Positions 1 to 11,111 of a stretch of 64,000 bases of DNA are shown piece after piece. The DNA comes from Phoronis australis (taxonomy: Eukaryota; Animalia; Phoronida). The stretch lies in assembly GCA_002633005.1 (NCBI GenBank), contig NMRA01000001.1:772448-836447 (forward strand), in the 5' to 3' direction. A model generated the notes under the pieces. The model was not told the origin of the DNA, made no database searches, and saw only the letters and a list, made by a program, of their open reading frames with translations. How positions within the stretch are numbered: position 1 is the stretch's first letter; each line of letters starts with the position of its first letter. A program made the translations under genes and the position numbers.

Positions 1-3000
1 AACCCAGTCCATTGCCTGCTGGATTTTATCATTTTTACTAGGTGTGGTATCCAGATTCCAGCTGGTGAACTGCGTAAATTTGTGCGTAACATTTAACTGT
101 CGATCCTCATCTTCGTACGATTTCCCAGTCTCTCGCAAAACCACACCTGGAAGGTAGCATAAATTAGCGCACAACAAAATCATTCGCTATGAGGATGGAT
201 TCAATATCGAGGCATTATGATGACAATCTGGAATACATTTTAAGGTCAAATCTTACCTCTGCCAGGTAAGACCAATTAATTAGATTTTGTGATAATATAG
301 CAGTTTAAACAAAAAACGAGTCATTCAATTACATCAAAATCTTCCATCTTTGATGGTAAAATCTCAGCAACTTAGGATAGAATATGGTAGACAAGTAAAA
401 TCGTATTTTCTCACTAAATTCTATAAAAGATGCTTAGTGCAAAATTAACACAGTGACTTTTTTCTGTGTTCAAGCTCTGTACCATAGCTACCCCAATAAG
501 CTATATTTAGAAAAACTGTGCTTATTCACAATATTGGAAGTCCTTAAAAAATGAAACACACATTTCTGGTAATTAATTTGGTGAGATTTTACCATTGATA
601 CTAGAAATCATTTTGACATTTTCCATTCTGCTTTTGTGCAAACTCAAGATAAGTGTCTATTATACTCTGCTTGAGTACATTACGGTTTAGTTATGCATTT
701 CTAGTCCAAGCTCTCACTTGATGGCCTGTAGACTCGAGCTATAAACTTGAGTAAAAGCTCAAGATTCCAAGTACAATATGGTTTAAGAGGATGATTATCT
801 AATCCTAGCTTGCACTTGATGACCGGAGCATTAAAGCAATTTTCGAGTCCGAACTCAAAATCTAAAGTCTGTACTTTGAATCTAGAAGTCATTAAGATCA
901 AACTTCAACTAAAAACTCATCTCCGAAAACCAAAATGCATACAAACACAGAATAATAAACACTTTTCTATCTAGAGTTCACTTCACACTAAAGTGGAGTG
1001 CAAAATGTGAAAAACAATTTTGAGTACGGAGATTAGACTCCGGCCCGTGATACTGAAAAAGAAACAAGTAAGCAGTATGAACACACTTCAAACTGCTGTA
1101 GAATGTACACTGTACTGTACAGTATACTATCGTATAGTTCCACAGTGCAACGTACTGTAGTAAGGTACTGTACTATATAGTACAGTCCATAGTACAACAC
1201 TATACAGTAACACACTTCAAACTGCTGTGGCATGTACACTGTACTGTACAGTTTACTATAGTATAGTCCCACAATGCACCGTACTGTAGTGCAGTACTGT
1301 ACTATATGGTACAGTCCATAGTACAACACTATACAGTAACACACTTCAAACTGCTGTGGAATGTACACTGTACTGTGCAGTATACTATAGTATAGTCCCA
1401 CAGTGCACCGTACTGTAGTACAGTACTGCACAATATAGGACATTACTATAGCACAGTACTATGCAGTACCATACAGTACAGAACAGTTAGATCAGCAAAG
1501 ACTACGGAAATCTCCCATCCATTTTTCAAAGACAGACTTCATTTTCAAGTTGCGCAGAATTTTATTAATTTGTTCAGCACAAATTGCTTATAATAGGATC
1601 CATTTTCTTTCAGCAATAATTCATGTCAGAAATTTTGAAGAAAAATTTACTATCATGTGTCCGCCAAATTGTGTGGAGAACTGAGGAGAATCGGAACACC
1701 AGCCATGAATCTGACTCTCTGATAGGAGTCAGACCTGACGTCCTGGATAAACTGAAGAGAAGTTGCCATTAGTACATTTCAATTGTTAGACATTGAGAGT
1801 TTAACATTGGATTGAAACGATAGCGATACAAAGCTCAACAGGGTCAGGTATATGATTATTGTCTCACTAGTTCATATCGGATAGTTAGATTGTTACCAAT
1901 ATCAGATCAAACAATTATGATATTTGATCTTTTTCAAATTTCAAAGGCTTTCAATGGTAGCAGAATACAAAAATGATGAAGCAATTTTGAGTTATTAAGT
2001 GTTTTATGAAAAAATGAAACACAGCAATTTGTTGAGAATGAGTAAATTTTACAGTAGGCTGTAATAGTTTTGTTAATATGAATAACCCAGTCAGCAACAA
2101 TTACAAACAACCATAGGCCGCATTTCACTAAACTCAAACACAGGCAATTGACATTACTTACTTGGTTTCTAAGTTTATTTCGCACACTCGTCAACTACGA
2201 AGTATGGATATTTGGTTTATTTTGCACACCCTTACTTTCGGGAAAAATATACTTCATTTATACTGAACAAAGCAAGTGGGTAATTACCGTGCAGTACAGA
2301 GCAGGTCTACAAATTTCAGTTATTTCAAAACATAGGTATGTGAGAACTAGGGACAGAACAGGACAGAGACAGACAGTTGCTTGAAACACACACGAACTCA
2401 CCTGAATATCCTCGAGGTAAAACAATCTGAGTGCCTTCCAATGGCCTGCCTCTAAATGATGCTGTTTGCACTAAAATGTAAAACGTAATTGTATTGCACG
2501 CTCAATTGCAGATTCTGTATTACATGGAAACAAATTATTTTATCAATCGTTTTATCATCAGGGTACAATGTTTAGTAAAACATCAATTCGCCAGACACGA
2601 CCAGGCAGAATTACAAGATTGCAAAACAAAGAAACCCTGAAATTCTGTCCCCAACAGACAACACACAGTTGGCAACAGTCAAAAATGAAATAAAAACGAA
2701 TTGAAGAACCAGCAAACTGAGCAAATGTCCATTGTTTAAAGAACATAAGGATCCCGACCTATTTCAGCTGTCATTGCTTTTTTTAAAAAATCATGGTCCA
2801 GAACCAATTATGCCATTGCTTTGGCCTAATGACGAAATCACAAGGCTTAGCTGTACAGCAGATGATGAAAATGAATGGTCAATCTGCCTTTGTGGTACTA
2901 ACATCACAGAAACAATACCAAGTCAAGCATTGTTCATACTGTTGAACACTGACCATGTAGTTCATATTTACCACAACAAAAAATGAAAGTGCTCCGGAGA

Positions 3001-4892
3001 GTGAACACTTGCGGGAAGTGAACAAAAAAGTATAATGAAGATGATTTATGATACTAAGGATAATGCGAATTTTCATTAATAAAAAAAGTACTAACAAATA
3101 TTACAAAAAGCTCATGATTTTCAAAAAGCCTCAAGTTTTTTAAACATGGCTGTACGAAATGAGAATATATGTTCTGTAGGATATTATCAAGTTTAATTCG
3201 TTAGTAAAAACTGTCTGTCAGTCAGCCAGCCAAAATGAAAAAATATCGACATGTGTGTGCAAGATCACAAGGCTCATTCATATTATAATCAAAGAACACT
3301 TGAACAAAAAATATCACATGAAGAATTCAGTTACACAAAAGCACAATGTTACACTGCACCTGGATTTTCCTTGTCTTAGCAAGCTCATTCCCCTTTGGGA
3401 GACCTGGGAATTTTGCCAAGTTGACGTCATTTATCAAGTCGTTCGATAAACTGGTCTTCTACTGACAGGGAGTTTGTGCTGAAGTGCATATTAAGAACTG
3501 ACAATATGCATTCCGTCAAAACTAGTTGAAGAGTTATAACACTAAAATATATTTCACCAACTTACACAAAACTAATTTTTTAGTTTTTTGTTTGTACTTT
3601 GTATACAAGTAAAGAAAGGAGTACCGGTACTGTGTATGCCATTACACTGGAACATAGATGCACCAGAAGTCTGACGAATTTCGCAGTCATGGCCACTATA
3701 TGTGACATGCGTGATAACCTTCTGCTCTGGCGAGATTCACAATCTCGTCACTACACAACTTGTGCGATTACCTACTGCTTGACCTTCGACCTGGGTTAGA
3801 CAAGGAATGATCCCGATCGAAGGTCAAGCAACAGCAAGTCACAGCGATTGCCAATCATAGCAATGAACATGCATGGTATAACGTCACATCTCCTGGCCCG
3901 CACAATGTTAAAAATGGCTAGTTGCCAATTTGGGCAACCGAACAAAGGACTGCTCGAAAAAGTTTGATTATAGGAGTATTTGTTAGAGTTGGAAAGAATT
4001 AAAGTAAGTAAGTAATAAGCAAGTGAAATGTTTTACATCTGTATAGAACAAGTTTACAGCAAAACATTAGCACAAGTGCTAGTGACCGATAAAAAATGAG
4101 AAATTAATGTGGACGAAAAAGAGAGAAGGGCTGTACAGAAAGTATACAAACATACATGACTTATTAAGCATCAAAAGATAGTGTAGGCAAAGTTGGCATT
4201 CACAAGCTTGGCGTATATGGCGACTTAACTCATTAATAAAGGTATTGAGAGCTTGGCAACAGCTTATACATTCAGGTAACTTGTTCCATTAAGATGCCCC
4301 CTGGTGGTGAATAGAATTAAGCCCACAGGATGTAGTGGCGAACCTTACAACACATAGAGAGCTTTTTCCCCATACCTCATAGGGCAGACGTCCGAGCACA
4401 AAACATTGGAGAGGGAAAGCAACCCCAGGACATTGTAGCTTTTGAAAAAAAAGCGAAGCGGAGTTTGATTTAGACAGTAAGATGGAATATGACGACTGGT
4501 GGTCATTGAAAACAAATTTTAAGGCCCGATATTGAATCTAAATATAAAGACATTGACGGCCTCCTAAGATGCCCCTCTATGCACAAAAGGTAGTTATATC
4601 AACGTTATTTTGACGTTTTAATTAGTGTGAGATAGAATTCGCCGAAAAGCTTCCAGCGTAAGAGCTTCAACGTCTCGACTGATCGTCGAGACGGTGGCAC
4701 CTGAGTAAGGCCTGGCTTAAAAGGGCAGTGCCAGAGTAAATCACCTTCGTTATTTTTGTCCGATTGTCGAATTGAAGACGTAAAGTACTTCTCAACATTT
4801 GCTGAGCCGTCATATTCAATATTACACGGGATAAGGTGGCAGGTAACTTCTTCACTTCTTTCTATAGACGACAAATCTACAGATAACGACAT
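1..4892 (-). CDS. RNASEH2C: Ribonuclease H2 subunit C (3' end beyond left edge)
   Basis: Exons 4892-4745, 2470-2402, 146-<1, GT-AG, phase 1/1. Protein MSLSVDLSS...CHLIPCNIEYDGSANVEKYF...ASFRGRPLEG...LPRGYSGVVLRE...FTQFTSWNLDTTPSKNDKIQQAMDW carries the HLxPCxI, SFRGRxLxG and FTxWNLDxxP motifs of RNase H2 subunit C. Confidence 0.93.
600..1050. mobile_element. Foldback MITE-like element, family A copy 1
   Basis: Internally inverted. Shares blocks (aactcaagataagtgtctatt, ctagtccaag, gattagactccggccc) with ~12955-13346 and ~31505-31855. Ends approximate. Confidence 0.6.
1081..1480. repeat. 129-bp tandem repeat (~3 copies) built on 5-bp TACAG/TACTG/TATAG subunits
   Basis: Unit start acacacttcaaactgctg recurs at 1081, 1210 and 1339. 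Confidence 0.9.
3776..3830. repeat. Perfect 14-bp inverted repeat (hairpin)
   Basis: tgcttgaccttcga (3776-3789) pairs with tcgaaggtcaagca (3817-3830). Confidence 0.75.
4003..4480 (-). mobile_element. Decayed CR1/L2-type LINE 3' fragment
   Basis: Minus strand reads ...ATTSCGLNSIHHQGAS*WNKLPECISCCQALNTFINELSRHI, resembling the WNxLP C-terminus of CR1/L2 ORF2. It is followed by a (TTAC)n-like tail at ~4003-4023. Confidence 0.65.
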
Positions 4893-5181
4893 TTTTCACA
4901 ACCACAACAAACTTTCTCGGGTGCCGAATCTTTCCCGCCACTTGTCAAAGGTAGAAACAACGAACTCTCTGATTCGTCAATTTCGTGAAAACTTTTCATT
5001 AACCAATCACGACGCTATTTATTATTGTTGGCTTGTAGTAATGGCCGCTTCCGTGACGTTGCTCCGACCATAGGCTATAGTCTATGCTCAGACTTATTTT
5101 TTCAGTTGATGTCGTCCTTTTTGCTCCCGTGATTTCGAAGACAAATGCTTATTTAATGTGAGAATTGGAAATATTTGGAAA
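4893..5181. promoter_or_regulatory. Bidirectional promoter, RNASEH2C / small membrane protein
   Basis: Divergent ATGs 290 bp apart. E2F-like TTTCCCGCC at 4931-4939, CCAAT at 5003-5007, and a YY1/ETS/CRE-like run ATGGCCGCTTCCGTGACGT at 5041-5059. Confidence 0.65.
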
Positions 5182-8100
5182 ATGCCAAAATATAGATATG
5201 TAGATCCAGCGAAGGGAGGCAAGTGGCTTGGAAGAGTTCACATGTTCTATTTCTTCTGTGCCTGGAATGCGTTTGCATTTGCTGCTTACGGATGGTACAA
5301 AAGCAGAAAAGCCAACCCTGCCACTGAGAATATGAGTAGTCGTAAGTATTTAAAAATGCGTCTGAGATCCTGTCGTAGCACTTTTGAATTTAAAGGGAAC
5401 CCGGTGAATGTCCTTGGAAGGCGGGNTATTTTCTTCAAAAATATTTTTTGTTACACTTTTACTACCTCGTGGGGGCGCTGTGATCAGTTTCATTTTTAGA
5501 AAATTACATTTTTCACCAAAATAAATGTTCAGTCAACGCTGCAGTGCATCAAAACATTTTAGAATACAAATATGCTCTTTTTGGATAGTCACCAACACAA
5601 CACCTCTCAGTTTCTATATTATTTGATAGGAATGAAATTGATTTAAAATTTGTTGAAATTTTAGGGTCCAATTTAATTTTGTTTAATTAAAAATGCATAT
5701 TATCATTTTTTGTCATTTTGTTTGCAACTTGAGATTGCGAAAACATTGATCTTACTTGGGAAAAAAGATTAATTTACATAACCTCACAGGTTTTAAAATT
5801 AATAGCGAAATACTCTGAAAAAGACTAGTTTTCTGGTTTTTGCTCATTTTGAATTCATTTGTTATGCAAATTTCATTTTTTAGAATTATTTCAAAATCTT
5901 TTGGAGCAAAAGAAACATGTTCATTAAACCATAGTAATTCCTGAAGTGTTTTATCATTTTCAAGGTAACAAGTTGCTCTCTTTTTAAAACATCACTTGTT
6001 CAACTTGGCTTCAGGGGCAAAAATGTCCGGTCGATGGTGAATTTTTCAATTTTTGTTGTTCTTGTTTGTGCAAAATATAATAGCTTGTGGTTTGGTGTCT
6101 ATGCCATGTTGTTAACTTACTTGCAAAGGACTCTCCATCTTGTTTTAAGAGCATTGTGAGCTATGGATTCCCAAATATAGTTGTCTAAACTTGCCATTTT
6201 CTGTGGCCTGAAATTTCTGGGTGCCGTTTGCTGAAAAAAGGCCATTTTTGAGGCTCTAAAATTCAAATAACTCGAGAACCATCGAACCTAGTTATCTCAA
6301 ACCGAAGTAATGACCTCCAATCCATTCTAACTCGTATATCAAAAAATTACGCTTTGTGAACTAGTGAAAGTATATATTTTCTGAAACAAAAAAGATCAGG
6401 GAATATGAAAGTATGTTTTATATTTATGTACCATTATTATTATTATTACGTTAACACCTTTTACAGTCATTTTTTTCATTTTAAGAAAGGTTCATTCATA
6501 CCAAAATAACCCCTCGGTCGATTTTAATGAAACCTTTTTTAAATGAAAACTTCCCCAGTTACCTCAAAAATGCGGTCAGGAATTTTTGAATAATCTTCCC
6601 TTTGGGTTTCTGTGACAAATCAACTCACAAAACGTAAGGTATTTTTGTAAAAAATGGTAGTCGTTGTCGTATTCGTTTTTGTTACATCACACATAAACTA
6701 GGCCTATCAAGAATCCTGAAAGCGCTTTGAAATTGGGGAGTAAATATTGATTTAGGAAAGTTCCAGCGAAATCCACCTAGCCGTTTTTTGAAAACTCATG
6801 TTCCTAAGTTCAAATTAAGTCGTTTTGCCAAAGCCGAGAAAAAACGATTAAGTTGGGACATGTAAAAATGTCAAGGTCGGCAGTTAATTATTCGTAGAAA
6901 ACTTGTTTTCTGTCAACGTAACCTGTACACTCCTTAACCGCATTGTCAACTGACTTTACAGTGCGTAATTAGCTTAATTATCACAAGAACGTTGATTTCC
7001 AATGCATCCAGTTCAACTAGGTCAAGGGCGGAGCCAAAATATTAAGTGGGCCAAGCTGGTGCATTGTGATCCACTTTAAAGTAGGTCAACAGTTCATTGT
7101 TATACACACAACGCGCCGGGAAACTGATATGAAACCCAAGTAAGAAATGGATAACAGAAATCGGGTCGGTGGTTTAAGCACGTCATGTGCATGATATAAA
7201 AATGGCAAAATGTCAAATTACCTATCAGATTAAGGAATTTGGGTAAGGATTGTCTCTTTTCACAACTTCCTGTGTTTGTGAACAAAAAGTTACAGAGGCA
7301 TGAGGCAAGTCCTAACATTTGTTCTTTATCAACGGTCGTATGCATGCAGACACGCAACTCCCTCAGGATCAAACTATGTTTTTTTTTGTTTTCCCTGCGT
7401 CGTATTAATCATATGTATGCGTCGTTGAATCAATATTATGGCGACTCGGTGAATGAAAGGACTGAGGGTACACACGTAGTTGCTCTGCGCCTGACAGAAG
7501 ATTCCATTTGAATGACAGCCCCGTACTAGTAAGCTTTGACTTCGAATAAGTAGTTTTGCAGTTCAAAGGTGATTTTGCTAAATGCATGATATATATTTCG
7601 TATTTGAAATTCACAAGAATGAAGATAAGTTATTTTGCTAGATTTATGTGACATGTTGTAGAAATGGCCATTTTTTTGATTTATGTTTGAGTTATCTATA
7701 AACAAGTGCATCCCCTTTGGGCTAAGACCACGTCTCACCACGTCCCGGGACTAAGTCATAGACTATATTCAGTAAAGGTACTTCCACTGCCTCCTATCCA
7801 GCGCATTGAAATCAACCAGAAGTTATTCAAGTTACTCAATCTCGTCACTGTGTAACTTAATTGTCATTCAAAGCCTTTTTATAGCATAATATTTTGTTTG
7901 AGAGGTTCTAAAAAAGATCGAGAAAAGCTCCTATGTTCGGATGTTTGTGATAACACACTTGCTATTATGCCGCGATTTGGACCCAGAAATAGAAATGCAT
8001 AGGAACATCACATTTTCGAAAATTTTGCAGGTCTTGGATTGTTTTTCCAATTCAGGTATTATGATGGAGGCAATTTAGCACTTGAAATTGTTTGTTTGGA

Positions 8101-9281
8101 TTAATCTCTGTGGTCCAGGGATGTTGAGAAGGATTAAGATTGACATGGTCCATAGCTCCGTAATATTTGCTTACTGTAATAATTTACAGCCCTACGTAAA
8201 TGTGGCTTAATTATTGTTCTTTTTAATTTTGGCATTTTTAGCTCTGTACAGGGTTTTAATGAATTTGTAGGTCAATTTACACTAGAGTGCATCAGTACAA
8301 AAATGTTAAAGATGCTATGTTTCGTTGAAACAGTGAATATTCAGATTTGTATCTAGCGCCACCTAGTGAGTTGCTGGAGAATTGCGTGTACAAGTGTAAT
8401 CAGGAAAACAAACAATTTGTAAGTAAATGGCGGCTTTCAAGAAAACACTACAACTGATACACTTAAAAACAAGTGTTAACATAATGTAAAAAACCTAATA
8501 ATTCAAATAGTATGCAATCAATATTTGATAATGAAATAAACAGGTTAGGTTAACAATGAAATATGACCATACTCTTTTACATAAAAATAGTCTCACAAAT
8601 GGAGACTTTTGCGAGATTTTGTTATGGTAACTGGTTGTCGAATGGTTTCCAGCACACCGGAAGACCGAAGTTGTTTGTAAACTAGCACTTCATTTGCATA
8701 TTCACAAATTAATGAGGCATAGCATCTTTAGCTCGGTTCCAGTTTTCACCATTTGTTCTAGGTTTTTACGACTCTGGTCAAAAGACATGCATAAAAAGTA
8801 ACAAATTAGCAAGTTTGTCTGTTGTTTTGCAACTTATAATAACGGAAAGTTGAATTTTTTGTTTCATTCAACCCATTCTTCTGAAAATGTCAGAATTTAA
8901 AATATGTTTGAAAGGAAATATTTTTTATTACCAATCATAATAAATGAAACATTGCTGCAAAATCCACTTTTGAGTGCATTTTTATATTGCTTAGAATTCA
9001 ACGTCAACCAATCTGAATGTAATATGTTTGCAGTTCTGGGAAATTACGGATACCAGTTACAGTCCTTGTCATGACCCTATGTTTGTTTGTGTTATGATGC
9101 GTCTTGTTTTGTTGTTTCAGTTCAAAAGTACATGTATTACCTGAACACCAAAGCTGATAACATAAAGGTAATTAAGGTATCAGGACTGGCCAAAGTGGAC
9201 AGTAAGACTGTGACTAGGGAGGAAATGCTAGGTCTTGAACAACAAGTAGATGGCGCTGATCAAAGGACAGGCTCTTTGTGA
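5182..9281 (+). CDS. Uncharacterised small single-pass membrane protein, 106 aa
   Basis: Exons 5182-5341 (donor GTAAGT) and 9121-9281 (acceptor TTTCAG), phase 1. MPKYRYVDPAKGGKWLGRVHMFYFFCAWNAFAFAAYGWYKSRKANPATENMSSLQKYMYYLNTKADNIKVIKVSGLAKVDSKTVTREEMLGLEQQVDGADQRTGSL*. AATAAA at 9790-9795. Confidence 0.8.
8307..8730. mobile_element. Non-autonomous TIR element (Kolobok/piggyBac-like TTAA context)
   Basis: Perfect 13-bp inverted ends TAAAGATGCTATG (8307-8319) and CATAGCATCTTTA (8718-8730). Confidence 0.6.
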
Positions 9282-10846
9282 TTTGAAGTTGTTAACCTTA
9301 ATCATGAAACGCTTTGAAAAGGATTTGTGTGACTGCTTGGAAAGGGACTGACTAAACTGGACTGGCAAAATGGTACAGTACTAAACTGGACTGGCAAAAG
9401 TGTACAGTATAAAACAGGAGGAAATGCCAAGTCTGAATAAAGGAGTGGATGGTGCAGATATATGGACGGATTCTGCAATCAAAGTTTACCTTAAGGACAA
9501 AACCTTGTGAACAGGATTGTTTTGAATAAGGTCTGGGTTAAAGGAGGAATTTTTGTGATCACTAAAGGAAATGTTTTCAGTTGTTTGAGGTTTCAAGTTA
9601 TGAGAGATATTTTGTGTGCGACACTGTTGTTTGGACACTGTCCAGAGACCACATGAGGAGTGAGTTGGCCTGCTGCAATTATTGAAAGGAACTCCTGAGT
9701 ATGGGAGAATTTACTTTGAACGCTTAACGATATTGTTTGAGTTTCTCTTATTGTCACCAGTTTAGAGGACAGAATGACTCACCAATCAAAATAAAGTCTC
9801 TAAAATGCGAACATTTTCTAAGTTTCAGTCCTGTATGTGTTAATCAAATTGCATAAATTGATGTTTCCATTAATTTAGGTGAAGCTGAATGTTACTGTCA
9901 TGGTCACTTTGTTGATGCGCTACCACAAATTAAGAAAAACAACCTTACTAATTCTATATTAAGTTCTGTTTCTTTTGAAAGAATTATGTCATTTTCATTG
10001 AAGGACCATTGTTTGGAGATACGTTTTGACTAATCATTAGTTTGTATTGAAATTCTTTTTCAAAATGAAGCAGAGACAGTATTTTTTAATATTCTTGGTG
10101 GTAAGTATTAACTGTTTTGACAAGCTGTGTGCACTTTAATTTGTGAATGACATCAATTGTGAGAAAGCTTGGTAAAGTGAAAGCCATTTCCATGATAAAA
10201 GCAATTACCGTACTCATCTAGGTTGATGTTCAGGGTGCTTAAAAACCAGGGATGTGGTTTAATACAAGGTAGGATCAGAGCTGTGAATTTTGCGTTCGCT
10301 GAATTTTGGTAGTTCCTTCCCTTTTAGTGGACTTTTGTCTCGTTTTCTCGGAATTTTAGTTTCTCTGAGGAGGTCCTTTTTGCCCACTTCACCAAATGGG
10401 GGGCTCATTTGAGCCCCCGAGCTCCCTCTGGGTGCGTGCCTGTTGTAGGACTGTCAAAATTGTTCAATTACTTCCTGATATGCTTCAGGTCTTTTGTAGC
10501 CATTAAAATCTTATTCTTCTTGATTGGTTTTCTTTCGTTTGAAGGCTGCACATTTTATAGTCCTGTGAGAAAATGAGACATATGATATTTTGGCCAAATT
10601 TGAACAGAGGTCAAACATGAACCCATTTTTGCATCAATGGTACGTTTTATTGAGAATGGAGCAAAGTCATATGGAGTTGTGCACAAACGTGTTGATCTCT
10701 TCGGATTCCCATATACTAATGACAAGAGAAAGGAAGCCTTTCCATGGATAAAATATATTGAAGTTGATAATTATGATACAAAACAATAAAAATAGTCATA
10801 CTTTGAAATTATGCATTTCTTCGATTTCTGCTGAATGGGGGTCCCT

Positions 10847-10980
10847 ACATTTTACTTGAAAATCACATATTTTACTTGAAGGACATATATTTTACTTGAA
10901 AGTTACATATTTTACTTGAAAGCGACATATTTTACTTGACTGTTACGATCTTACTTGCAGGTCACATATTTTACTTGAAG
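10847..10980. repeat. 20-bp minisatellite, ~7 copies
   Basis: Core ACATATTTTACTTGAA repeated at ~20-bp period. Confidence 0.85.
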
Positions 10981-11111
10981 TATCCTATGCCGATGTTGGC
11001 CACTGTATTTCTCAACCAAATTTAAACCTAGAAGCGGATTTTCTGTTTAACAGATTCTCTCACATAGGAATCTGACAATAAATTTTTGGTAAAAACCGGA
11101 GGCCGTGGGAT

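Noticed and set aside
1033-1443. 136-aa repetitive Tyr/Cys/Val-rich ORF
   Set aside because: It is the translation of the 129-bp tandem repeat inside an RNASEH2C intron; no splice or homology support.
9279-9317. Stop-codon readthrough from the microprotein into its downstream duplicate
   Set aside because: Another in-frame TGA follows within 12 codons, and the duplicate is in a different frame.
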